In this document: positions 15,681-25,082 of the stretch, in pieces
How positions within the stretch are numbered: position 1 is the stretch's first letter
Layout: the number at the start of each line of letters is the position of its first letter
Assembly: GCA_029266015.1 (NCBI GenBank)
Contig: JAJUFK010000001.1
Location: 1-53,608, forward strand
Direction: 5' to 3'
From: Bacteroidota bacterium
GTDB lineage: Bacteria; Bacteroidota; Bacteroidia; Bacteroidales; UBA1715
DNA: 53,608 bases
Notes under the pieces: generated by a model
Database searches by the model: none
What the model was told of the DNA's origin: nothing
The model's input: only the letters and a program-made list of their open reading frames with translations
Position numbers and translations under genes: made by a program

Positions 15681-17543
15681 TTAAAAATAAACTCGTAACT
15701 CAACAGTACCTTCAAATCCTTTGTAAGTATAGAAAGTATTGTTTCTATCAGTATAATCGAACCAACGTCCACGCACATACAAATTGGCAGAATTTGATAA
15801 TTCTGCATCGAATCCCAAACCTAAACCGGTTCCTAATACATTTGTAGGATTTCCTTTAAGGTTTGGTCCATGTTTCATATATTGATTTCCTTTCATAGTT
15901 TCTAAACCAAAGTATCCTGCCAATGCAACTTTTGATAACACTTTGTAATATGATTCAAATTCATGATATTGAATTTGCATATATGCTTTGTCTGAAACCA
16001 CCGGATACAACGATAAATCTTGTTGCATGGTAGAAAGTGAACCTAAATAAAACAAATACAATGGTTTATTCAATATATTGACTTTATATTTTAAATTGCA
16101 TTCGAGTGTATTGAAATTTAATTTTTTCCATGATATATATGTTGGGTTAGTGGTATCAATTGAACTAGTTTCATAATATCCTCTATATGTTGTATTAAAA
16201 CTTTCGTTTTCACCCAAATTAGTTTGATACGCATACACACGGGCAAACATAATTCCATTGATTCGGTGGTTATAAGAAATAATATGCGTTAAATGTTCAA
16301 CTTCTTGCGATATACCATATGCCGCATTTATTTTTAATCCTTCTATATTTAGTTCTGTTCGCACATCAGCCCCTTTACGATTCCCATTTGTATAATCAAT
16401 ATCAGAAATTGTAGCACCTACAGGATTTCCGCTTCCTCCTTCACCATTATAATTTGCCGATGCATCACGCAAAAACGTATTGAAACCTGCATCTAAACTT
16501 ATAAACTTGGGTTTTATATAATAATAATGAAATGTAACAGGTGCCGAAAGTATGTTACTCTTTGACAACAGACTAAAATCCATAGCATAGGCCCAATGTT
16601 CTGACAAATCCGATGATTCAACAAATCTACATTCTCCAATTTCACCTGAAAATACCATATCATTTTGCCAAAATGAATATGCTCCATCTGTTGTTATTAC
16701 ATTGTATCCATAAGCTTTACCATTTACATCACTTGTATAAGCAAGAGTATTTAATGAATTAAACCCTATATAACTCATACCCATTTTTTTACGAATATTA
16801 CCTCCATATGTCATATTATAATTTTTACTCACATATGAAGTTTGACCGCCATTATTAGGTGTTTTGGCATATATAAGTTTTGATTCTAAATTATAAGGTA
16901 ATTTAGTAATGTCGGCAGTAAACCCTTGTAAAAATTTATTACCCCATGTAAAGTCTCGCGAAATAGTCCCTTGAGAATAATATGATTCATAATTTTGACC
17001 TGCTTGTTGAAATCCACCCCATGGGCTGCGTTCAAACATACTTTCACCTTTATTTTCGGTACTCCACAATGTAAGTTTTGACAATTTTGTAAATTGTGTT
17101 CCACCAAATTTTAAATATGCATTTGCTTGTTTTGTATGTATTTGTGCTTCTAAATTTACTCCTATTTCAACCCCCAATCTATCCGATGTAGCTGTGTTGT
17201 ATCCGGGGCCTCGCATACTTGGAGCCAAAAACATATCTGATTTGAAAAATGTATTTATCGTTGGTCGTCCGGAAAAATTCAATCGTAAAACACGCTGTTC
17301 TCCTCCTCCGTCACTGTTACTCAATATCATTTTTTCTTGAGCTTGATTGCCATCAAACAAACTATCAAATTGTCGATAGTAAATCAAACCATTGTATGAA
17401 CCATCTATAGTAAAACTACGAATTGGTTTTTTTCCTATATATATAGTATTGCCGTTTACATCGGTAGAATCTTGATGAATGTATTGAGCATATAAACTTT
17501 GTATACATACAACAAAAAAAACAAGAGGTACAATTCTTTGCAT
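15681..17543 (-). CDS. outer-membrane beta-barrel protein, uncharacterised family, distant paralog of 13950-15650
   Basis: 620 aa with signal peptide ...SLYAQ|Y, a beta-strand pattern and C-terminal ...TVELRVYF. It shares N- and C-terminal motifs with the 566-aa neighbour. Confidence 0.7.
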   Translation of the reverse strand: MQRIVPLVFFVVCIQSLYAQYIHQDSTDVNGNTIYIGKKPIRSFTIDGSYNGLIYYRQFDSLFDGNQAQEKMILSNSDGGGEQRVLRLNFSGRPTINTFFKSDMFLAPSMRGPGYNTATSDRLGVEIGVNLEAQIHTKQANAYLKFGGTQFTKLSKLTLWSTENKGESMFERSPWGGFQQAGQNYESYYSQGTISRDFTWGNKFLQGFTADITKLPYNLESKLIYAKTPNNGGQTSYVSKNYNMTYGGNIRKKMGMSYIGFNSLNTLAYTSDVNGKAYGYNVITTDGAYSFWQNDMVFSGEIGECRFVESSDLSEHWAYAMDFSLLSKSNILSAPVTFHYYYIKPKFISLDAGFNTFLRDASANYNGEGGSGNPVGATISDIDYTNGNRKGADVRTELNIEGLKINAAYGISQEVEHLTHIISYNHRINGIMFARVYAYQTNLGENESFNTTYRGYYETSSIDTTNPTYISWKKLNFNTLECNLKYKVNILNKPLYLFYLGSLSTMQQDLSLYPVVSDKAYMQIQYHEFESYYKVLSKVALAGYFGLETMKGNQYMKHGPNLKGNPTNVLGTGLGLGFDAELSNSANLYVRGRWFDYTDRNNTFYTYKGFEGTVELRVYF

Positions 17544-17598
17544 ATTAAATGTAAAATTTCAATATTTATTTAGTAATAAAAAAATCTCCAAGTATTCT

Positions 17599-17623
17599 CA
17601 AAACTAAAGATTATACAAATATA
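17599..17623 (-). promoter_or_regulatory. two candidate -7 boxes (TAGTTTTG and TATATTTG on minus strand) for the OMP-lipoprotein-GH5 operon
   Basis: Plus strand reads CAAAACTA (17599-17606) and CAAATATA (17616-17623). Both are exact consensus complements, 56 and 73 nt upstream of the ATG at 17543. Confidence 0.3.
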
Positions 17624-17742
17624 TAAAACTATTTTTATAAAATACGTCATGTTATTGTATTTTTAACACAAACTTTTTGTATTATTGTATTCAATTTGGA
17701 GTTAATACGTTTTTGTAATCTTATTTAAAATAGTTTTAATTG

Positions 17743-20589
17743 ATGTTTTTTCGCAAACAGCTATTATCATTATGTGTTCTTGTAATATTAGGAATACATA
17801 CTGTAATGTTTTCACAAACAAGCCGTGAAACATATAATTTTAATCAAAATTGGAAATTTGCCTTGGGACACGCATGTGATGTACAAAAAGATTTTAATTT
17901 CAATACAGGTCATTTTTCATATTTAGCAAAAACCGGATATGGTGATGGGGCTGCTTCAGAAAAATTTGATGACAGAGCATGGAGAAATATTCAATTACCT
18001 CATGACTGGTGCATTTCATTGCCACTCAATGCGCGAGCAAGTAATAGCCATGGTAATCAAGCTATCGGAAAATATTTTCCCGAACATAGTATTGGTTGGT
18101 ACAGAAAACACTTTTTTATAGAAAAAGCCGATACAAATAAACGTATTCGAATAGAGTTTGAAGGAGTATATCGCAATTCAAAAGTTTTTGTAAATGGTTT
18201 TTTTGTAGGTGGAGAAGAAAGCGGATATGATAGTTTTGGCTTTGACATTACAGAATACCTCAATTTTGGTGATGTAAATGTAATAGCTGTTCGTGTAGAT
18301 GCAACTATGGAAGAAGGATGGTTTTACGAAGGAGCAGGTATATATAGAAATGTATGGCTGGTAAAAACAAATAAACTTCATATTGCAACAAATGGCACAT
18401 ACATACAATCAAACATTGAAAATAATAAGGCTGTCGTTACTATTCAAACACAGTTACAAAACGACTTGTTTACACCACAAGAATATTCAATTGAATATAT
18501 AATTACTGATGCCAAAGGTACTATTGTGAAGCAAATACAAGTACCAAACTACCAATTAGTTACAAATCTATCTCATACAACAGAAACTGTTATTAACATA
18601 GAAAATCCCATTATATGGTCAATTGAAAATCCATATCTATATAATCTTAAAACCAGAATATTACAAAATACCATCTGCATAGACGAAACAAATACTCGAT
18701 TTGGTATTAGAACCCTCTATTTTGATGCAAACAAAGGATTTTTCTTAAATGGGAAATCTGTTAAAATAAAAGGTGTATGTGTGCATCAAGATCATGCCGG
18801 CGTTGGAATTGCTATACCATATGAATTACAAAAATGGCGTATTCAACAACTCAAACAAATGGGAGTAAATGCAATAAGAACATCGCATAACCCACCAAGC
18901 CCTGATTTATTAAATATATGCGATGAAATGGGAATGTTGGTTATGGATGAATTACGATTAATGGGAGTAAACGAATATCACCTTAGTAAAATTACATCTT
19001 TACTTACCAGAGACAGAAACCATCCATCGGTATTTATTTGGAGCTTAGGTAATGAAGAATGGGCAATAGAAGGAAGTCAAAAAGGAGCAAAAATTATTGA
19101 AAAAATGCAGACATACGCAGCATTGTATGATACAACCCGTGCATTTACCGTTGCATCAAGTGGAGGTTGGGATACAGGTATTGGAACTACCGTTCAAATA
19201 ATGGGATATAATTATTTAAAACACGGCAATGTAGATGAACATCATAGTAAATTCCCATGGCAACCAAGTATAGGAACAGAAGAAAGCAATACCGTGAGAA
19301 CCCGCGGTATATATAAAACTATTGATTCAATTTGTTGGCTGGCTCCTACCAATTTATATGATGAAGGCATGGAAGGAGGTTGGAAATTTTATGACGAACG
19401 TGAATTTTTGGCAGGACTATTTTTTTGGACAGGATTTGACTACCATGGAGAACCAACTCCATATAACTGGCCAGCGGTAATTTCGCAATTTGGCATATTA
19501 GATTTATGCGGTTTTCCTAAAGACAATGCGTATTATCTTCATTCGTGGTGGAAACAAGAACCGGTAATTCACATTGAGAGCAATTGGAACCGTATTCCGG
19601 GCGAACAAATTGATTTAGTTGTATATAGCAATTGTGCTACTGTAGAATTACTTATAAATGGGCGAAGTTTAGGTAAAAAATCAATGCAAAAAAATGGTCA
19701 TATAGTGTGGCCTATTACTTTTGAACCGGGTGTTTTAACAGCACGAGGATATGGTTCACTGGTTATGCCGCAAACAGATTCTACAAAATTACTTATAACC
19801 AAAGAATTTAAAACTGCCGGCAAACCTGCCGCAATTCAAATAATTCCTCATAAAAAAACATTAAAACCTGATGGTCAAGATGTTGCAATATGTACTATTC
19901 AAATTGTTGATAACAAAGGAACTATTGTACCCAATGCAAATATAGATATTACATTTGAAATTACAGGAAATGCGGCATTTATAGGTGTTGGCAACGGCAA
20001 TCCATCAAGTCACGAAAAAGAAGTATTTCAGGATAACATAATAGTAAAACCAATTATGATTCATAAAGAATTACCGGTACAATCGCTCAGCAAACGCCCC
20101 GAAATTGCCGTAGGTTTTGATGATACAAAATGGAGAACAGCATATTCCGCAGAACCTTCAGATTGGAAAGAATATAGTGATACATTATTAGTTATGAGAG
20201 GATCTTTCATGCTTGATGCTATTACAAAAGATATGATAATTACACTATTTGCAAAAAATATTTTAAGCAACCAAGTAATATATATTAATGGAGCTATGAT
20301 TACTGCAAATGCAGAAAACACATATGTTTTACCTCACGCTATACTCAAACAAGGCACTAATGTATATGCTGTTGTTGGACAAAAATTAAAACGTCCCAAT
20401 CAATGGGAATACCCTAATCGTGACCCCGGATTGATTCAAATAGTAACTCCGGTAAAACAATGGCAACGAAAAACATTTAATGGATTGGCTCAAATAATTG
20501 TACAATCTAAAACAACACCCGGGAAAACTACTATTAAAGCTCGAGCTCAAGGGTTGCCGGAAACAGAATTACAAATTGACATTAAATAA
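17743..20589 (+). CDS. glycoside hydrolase family 2 beta-galactosidase
   Basis: About 948 aa. The track ORF opens at a TTG at 17740, and the ATG at 17743 is preferred. Sugar-binding, Ig-like and TIM-barrel order with WSLGNEE (acid/base) and ...IGTEES... (nucleophile region). SPI signal peptide. Confidence 0.85.
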   Translation: MFFRKQLLSLCVLVILGIHTVMFSQTSRETYNFNQNWKFALGHACDVQKDFNFNTGHFSYLAKTGYGDGAASEKFDDRAWRNIQLPHDWCISLPLNARASNSHGNQAIGKYFPEHSIGWYRKHFFIEKADTNKRIRIEFEGVYRNSKVFVNGFFVGGEESGYDSFGFDITEYLNFGDVNVIAVRVDATMEEGWFYEGAGIYRNVWLVKTNKLHIATNGTYIQSNIENNKAVVTIQTQLQNDLFTPQEYSIEYIITDAKGTIVKQIQVPNYQLVTNLSHTTETVINIENPIIWSIENPYLYNLKTRILQNTICIDETNTRFGIRTLYFDANKGFFLNGKSVKIKGVCVHQDHAGVGIAIPYELQKWRIQQLKQMGVNAIRTSHNPPSPDLLNICDEMGMLVMDELRLMGVNEYHLSKITSLLTRDRNHPSVFIWSLGNEEWAIEGSQKGAKIIEKMQTYAALYDTTRAFTVASSGGWDTGIGTTVQIMGYNYLKHGNVDEHHSKFPWQPSIGTEESNTVRTRGIYKTIDSICWLAPTNLYDEGMEGGWKFYDEREFLAGLFFWTGFDYHGEPTPYNWPAVISQFGILDLCGFPKDNAYYLHSWWKQEPVIHIESNWNRIPGEQIDLVVYSNCATVELLINGRSLGKKSMQKNGHIVWPITFEPGVLTARGYGSLVMPQTDSTKLLITKEFKTAGKPAAIQIIPHKKTLKPDGQDVAICTIQIVDNKGTIVPNANIDITFEITGNAAFIGVGNGNPSSHEKEVFQDNIIVKPIMIHKELPVQSLSKRPEIAVGFDDTKWRTAYSAEPSDWKEYSDTLLVMRGSFMLDAITKDMIITLFAKNILSNQVIYINGAMITANAENTYVLPHAILKQGTNVYAVVGQKLKRPNQWEYPNRDPGLIQIVTPVKQWQRKTFNGLAQIIVQSKTTPGKTTIKARAQGLPETELQIDIK

Positions 20590-20665
20590 TTGGATATGAA
20601 AAGTACTTGTGTTATACACATCAATAAAAAAATATTTTATTCTTGTAAAATACACTTTACTTTTC

Positions 20666-20673
20666 TATCTTTG
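20666..20673 (+). promoter_or_regulatory. candidate internal -7 box TATCTTTG upstream of GH31
   Basis: Exact TAnnTTTG match, 27 nt upstream of the ATG at 20700. Confidence 0.35.
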
Positions 20674-20699
20674 TGTAAAATTTACAATAACTAAACTGT

Positions 20700-23507
20700 A
20701 TGAAAAAATTATTCATTGTACTTTCCATTACAATATCATTAATTTCTTGCGTATCAAAAAATTACAAAAAAAATGATACAGGTGTTATTATAAAAATTGA
20801 TTCGGTTAATATACAATTACAAGTATATTCTGAAAATATAATACGTGTTACAGCAGCAGTAAACAAACTACCAAAAGATACAAGTTTAGTTGTAAAAACT
20901 CCAAAAAAGCATTTTACTGATTGGTCTGTAACTGAAAATAAAACACATGTAATAGTAAACACAAAATCGCTAAGTGCTTCGGTTAACAAAACTACCGGAG
21001 AAGTTGTTTTTACTGATACTAAAGGAGCAATTATATTGCAAGAAAAACAAGGTGGCGGAAAAACATTTATTCCCAAAACCTTTGAAGGAACAAACTATTA
21101 CAGTGTTATTCAATCATTTGAATCTCCCCTCGACGAAGCATTTTATGGACTTGGCGGACAACACCACGGGTACATGAATTATAAAGGAAAAGATGTAGAA
21201 ATTGCCCAACATAATTTAGTTGCAGCAATTCCATTTATATATTCTAATAAAAACTATGGAATATTATGGGATAATTCCTCTATTTCAAGATTTGGAGACC
21301 CACGTGAATATAGTCAAATTTCAAACTTAACATTTTTTGACAAACAAGGTAAACAAGGAGGACTGACAGCTACATATACCATTGATGGTAAAGTTGTAAA
21401 AACAACAACAGACAGTATAATAGATTTTAGATTTTTAGAAGAACCCGGTATAGAAAGTTTATCAAAAGAAATGAAAGATAAAGGAACTATAACATGGGAA
21501 GGTTCTCTATCATCAAGCATTGCCGGGTTACACAAATTCTTATTATATCATTCGAGCTATGTTAAACTTTGGATTGACGGCGAATTACTATTTGATAATT
21601 GGCGACAAAATTGGAATCCGTGGTCACGTCCATTTACTATATCTTTAGAACCGGGTAGTAAAAAAACTATAAAACTTGAATGGAAAATTGGTGGGGGCTT
21701 TTTAGGATTACAACACCTCAATCCATTATCGATTGAAGAACAAAACAGATTTACACTATCTGCCGAAGCAGCTCATGCTATAGATTATTATTTTATTTAT
21801 GGAACCTCTGCTGACCAAGTTATAGCAGGATATAGAACACTAACCGGAAAAGCAACTATAGTACCTAAATGGGCTATGGGTTTTTGGCAAAGCCGTGAAC
21901 GATATAAAACACAACAAGAAATAATAGATATTGTTCAAACATTTCGAAACAAACAAATACCTATAGACAATATTGTTCTTGATTGGCACTATTGGCCTAC
22001 CAACCAATGGGGTTCGCACAAATTTGACACAGCTGCATTCCCCAACCCTGAACTACTCTGTAAACAAGTACATGATTTGCATTGTAATATTATGATTTCG
22101 GTTTGGCCAAAATATTACGAAGGTATAGACAATTACAAAGCCATGAAAGAACAAGGCTTTTTGTATATGAACAATATTGAGAAAGGACGATTAGATTGGG
22201 TAGGACCCGGTTACAAAAATACCTATTACGACGCATTTAATCCGAAAGCTCGCGAAGCATTTTGGAATCAAATAAAACCTGCCATTTTTGATAAAGGGTT
22301 CGATGCATGGTGGCTCGATGCTACTGAACCCGATATGCATTCAAACATATCATACCATGCTCGCAAATTAAATATGCATCCTACTGCTGTAGGTACCGGA
22401 GAACAAATGTTCAATGCTTTTGCTTACGTTAATGCCAAAGGAGTTTATGAATCACAACGACAAGTTGCTCCTGATAAACGTGTCTTTATTCTTACCCGAT
22501 CTGCATACAGCGGCATTCAGAGCGTAGGCGCTGCTGTATGGAGTGGCGATATAGTAACTCGTTGGAGTGATTTAAAAGATCAAATATCGGTAGGAGTTAA
22601 TTTTTCACTGTCGGGTGCACCATTTTGGACTATGGATATTGGTGGTTTTTCTATTGAAGATAAATTCTACAAAACTACACCTGATATTTTAGAAGAATGG
22701 CGCGAAATTCAAACTCGCTGGTATCAATTCGGAGCATTTTGCCCACTATTTAGAGTACATGGGCAATTTCCATACAGAGAAATATTTAACATAGCTCCCG
22801 AATCACACAAAGCGTATCAATCTATGTTGTATTACAACAATCTACGATATATACTTATGCCATATATATACACTTTAGCAGCACAAACATATCATACCGA
22901 TTATACTATTATGCGTGGATTAATTATGGATTTTGCCCATGATTCTAAAGTTTGGAATATAAATGACCAATATATGTTTGGACCTTGGCTTCTTATAAAT
23001 CCTGTATATCAACCGGGTGCAACAAAACGCTCTGTATATTTACCCGCAGGACAAGGGTGGTATGATTTATATAGCGGAATTTTCTTTGATGGTGGACAAA
23101 CTATTTTAGCAAATGCTCCCTACGACCGTATGCCAATTTTTGTAAAAGAAGGTTCTATTATTCCTAGCGGACAACCTATGCAATATACCAATCAAATGCC
23201 TGACTCTATAATTACATTATTTGTTTACGGAGGCAAAGATGCAAGTTTTACACTGTATGCCGATGAAGCAACTAATTATAATTATGAAAAAGGATTGTTT
23301 AGTATGATACCTATTCACTACACCGAAGAAACTAAAACAATAACATTAGAAAAACGAATAGGAGAATTTGCAGGAATGTTGAAATCTCAAACATTTAAGA
23401 TAGTATATATTGACAAACAACAACCAAAAGCATTTGGAAATATAGAAACTATTTTGGAGGAAATTAAATATAAAGGAGAGAAAATTTCAATACAACTAAA
23501 AAAATAA
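20700..23507 (+). CDS. glycoside hydrolase family 31 alpha-xylosidase-type lipoprotein with PA14-like insertion in the N-terminal domain
   Basis: 935 aa with lipobox LISC. GH31 motifs DAWWLDATEPD (nucleophile region), AAVWSGD and FRVHG. A PA14-like segment lies at roughly aa 195-335 (nt ~21282-21704). Confidence 0.88.
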   Translation: MKKLFIVLSITISLISCVSKNYKKNDTGVIIKIDSVNIQLQVYSENIIRVTAAVNKLPKDTSLVVKTPKKHFTDWSVTENKTHVIVNTKSLSASVNKTTGEVVFTDTKGAIILQEKQGGGKTFIPKTFEGTNYYSVIQSFESPLDEAFYGLGGQHHGYMNYKGKDVEIAQHNLVAAIPFIYSNKNYGILWDNSSISRFGDPREYSQISNLTFFDKQGKQGGLTATYTIDGKVVKTTTDSIIDFRFLEEPGIESLSKEMKDKGTITWEGSLSSSIAGLHKFLLYHSSYVKLWIDGELLFDNWRQNWNPWSRPFTISLEPGSKKTIKLEWKIGGGFLGLQHLNPLSIEEQNRFTLSAEAAHAIDYYFIYGTSADQVIAGYRTLTGKATIVPKWAMGFWQSRERYKTQQEIIDIVQTFRNKQIPIDNIVLDWHYWPTNQWGSHKFDTAAFPNPELLCKQVHDLHCNIMISVWPKYYEGIDNYKAMKEQGFLYMNNIEKGRLDWVGPGYKNTYYDAFNPKAREAFWNQIKPAIFDKGFDAWWLDATEPDMHSNISYHARKLNMHPTAVGTGEQMFNAFAYVNAKGVYESQRQVAPDKRVFILTRSAYSGIQSVGAAVWSGDIVTRWSDLKDQISVGVNFSLSGAPFWTMDIGGFSIEDKFYKTTPDILEEWREIQTRWYQFGAFCPLFRVHGQFPYREIFNIAPESHKAYQSMLYYNNLRYILMPYIYTLAAQTYHTDYTIMRGLIMDFAHDSKVWNINDQYMFGPWLLINPVYQPGATKRSVYLPAGQGWYDLYSGIFFDGGQTILANAPYDRMPIFVKEGSIIPSGQPMQYTNQMPDSIITLFVYGGKDASFTLYADEATNYNYEKGLFSMIPIHYTEETKTITLEKRIGEFAGMLKSQTFKIVYIDKQQPKAFGNIETILEEIKYKGEKISIQLKK

Positions 23508-23550
23508 TTATTTAACTCAAAATTCAAAACTTAAAACTCATAATTCATAA

Positions 23551-25035
23551 ATGATTTTACTCGGATTTGATATAGGAAGTTCATCAGTAAAAGTTTCTCT
23601 CATAGACGGCGAAACCGGACAAAACAAAGCATCGGCATTTTATCCAAAACAAGAAATGCCAATTATAGCTGTAAAACAAGGATGGGCAGAACAAAACCCC
23701 GAAGATTGGTGGACTCATTTAAAAGCTGCATTACAAGAAGTTTTATCTATATCTGGCATACAAGTGTCTGACATTAAAGCAATTGGCATTTCATATCAAA
23801 TGCATGGGCTTGTGGTAGTTGATAAAAACCATACTGTATTACGCCCCTCAATAATATGGTGCGACAGCAGAGCTACCGGTATAGGTGCTCAAGCATTTAA
23901 TGAAATAGGCAGAGAACAATGTTTATCAACATTACTCAACACTCCGGGTAATTTTACTGCTTCTAAATTAAAATGGATACAACAAAATGAACCTGAAGTA
24001 TATGCAAAGATTCATAAAATTATATTACCAGGTGATTATATAGCTATGAAACTTACCGGTGAAATTACAACTACCATAAGTGGACTTTCGGAAGGAATGT
24101 TTTGGAATTTTGCCACAGCTACACCATCAGAAACACTTTTACAATATTACGGCTTTGACTCATCATTACTTCCCCAAATAGTTCCAACATTTGGCATACA
24201 AGGATATCTCAATAAACGAGCAGCTGAAGAATTAGGATTACACACAAACATAACTGTAAGTTATCGTGCTGGCGACCAACCTAATAATGCACTATCGCTT
24301 AATGTGTTAGAACCCGGAGAAATAGCTACTACAGCAGGAACTTCAGGGGTAGTGTATGGTGTAAGCGAACAAATTACCTATGACCCCCTTTCACGAGTAA
24401 ACACGTTTGCTCATGTAAATTATACACCAAATCATATTCGATTGGGTGTTTTACTTTGCATTAACGGAACAGGAATTTTAAACTCATGGATACGAAAATT
24501 AATAGGAAATATTCCCTACGAAACTATGAACGACATGGCTTCTAAAATAGCAATCGGAAGTGATGGTGTATCAATTATACCTTTTGGTAATGGTGCAGAA
24601 CGAGTTTTACAAGATACCAATGTTCAAGCTCATATACATAATATAAGTTTTACAACACATTCACAAGCTCACATAATACGAGCTGCTCAAGAAGGAATAG
24701 CTTTTTCATTTCAATACGGAATGGAAATAATGAAACAAATAGGTATACATCCAACAACAATAAAAGCAGGAAAAGCGAACATGTTTTTGAGCCCAATTTT
24801 TCGTGATACAATAGCAGGAATTTCGGGAGCAACTATAGAGCTATATAATACTGATGGTTCAATAGGTGCTGCACGTGGTGCCGGTATTGGATGCGGTTTG
24901 TATTCATCAACAAATGAAGCTTTCAACGGACTTACTAAATTAGAAGAAATCACACCCGATTTACAAAATAAAACAGCATATAGAGAGGCTTATGAACAGT
25001 GGAAAATACATGTGGAACAAATTTTAAATACATAA
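23551..25035 (+). CDS. xylB: xylulokinase (FGGY carbohydrate kinase)
   Basis: 494 aa with N-terminal LGFDIGSSSVKVSL, the FGGY N and C domains, and a position adjacent to xylA. Confidence 0.9.
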   Translation: MILLGFDIGSSSVKVSLIDGETGQNKASAFYPKQEMPIIAVKQGWAEQNPEDWWTHLKAALQEVLSISGIQVSDIKAIGISYQMHGLVVVDKNHTVLRPSIIWCDSRATGIGAQAFNEIGREQCLSTLLNTPGNFTASKLKWIQQNEPEVYAKIHKIILPGDYIAMKLTGEITTTISGLSEGMFWNFATATPSETLLQYYGFDSSLLPQIVPTFGIQGYLNKRAAEELGLHTNITVSYRAGDQPNNALSLNVLEPGEIATTAGTSGVVYGVSEQITYDPLSRVNTFAHVNYTPNHIRLGVLLCINGTGILNSWIRKLIGNIPYETMNDMASKIAIGSDGVSIIPFGNGAERVLQDTNVQAHIHNISFTTHSQAHIIRAAQEGIAFSFQYGMEIMKQIGIHPTTIKAGKANMFLSPIFRDTIAGISGATIELYNTDGSIGAARGAGIGCGLYSSTNEAFNGLTKLEEITPDLQNKTAYREAYEQWKIHVEQILNT

Positions 25036-25082
25036 ACAACTTAGTTGTATATACAATACTAATAACTCAAAATTTATAAATC

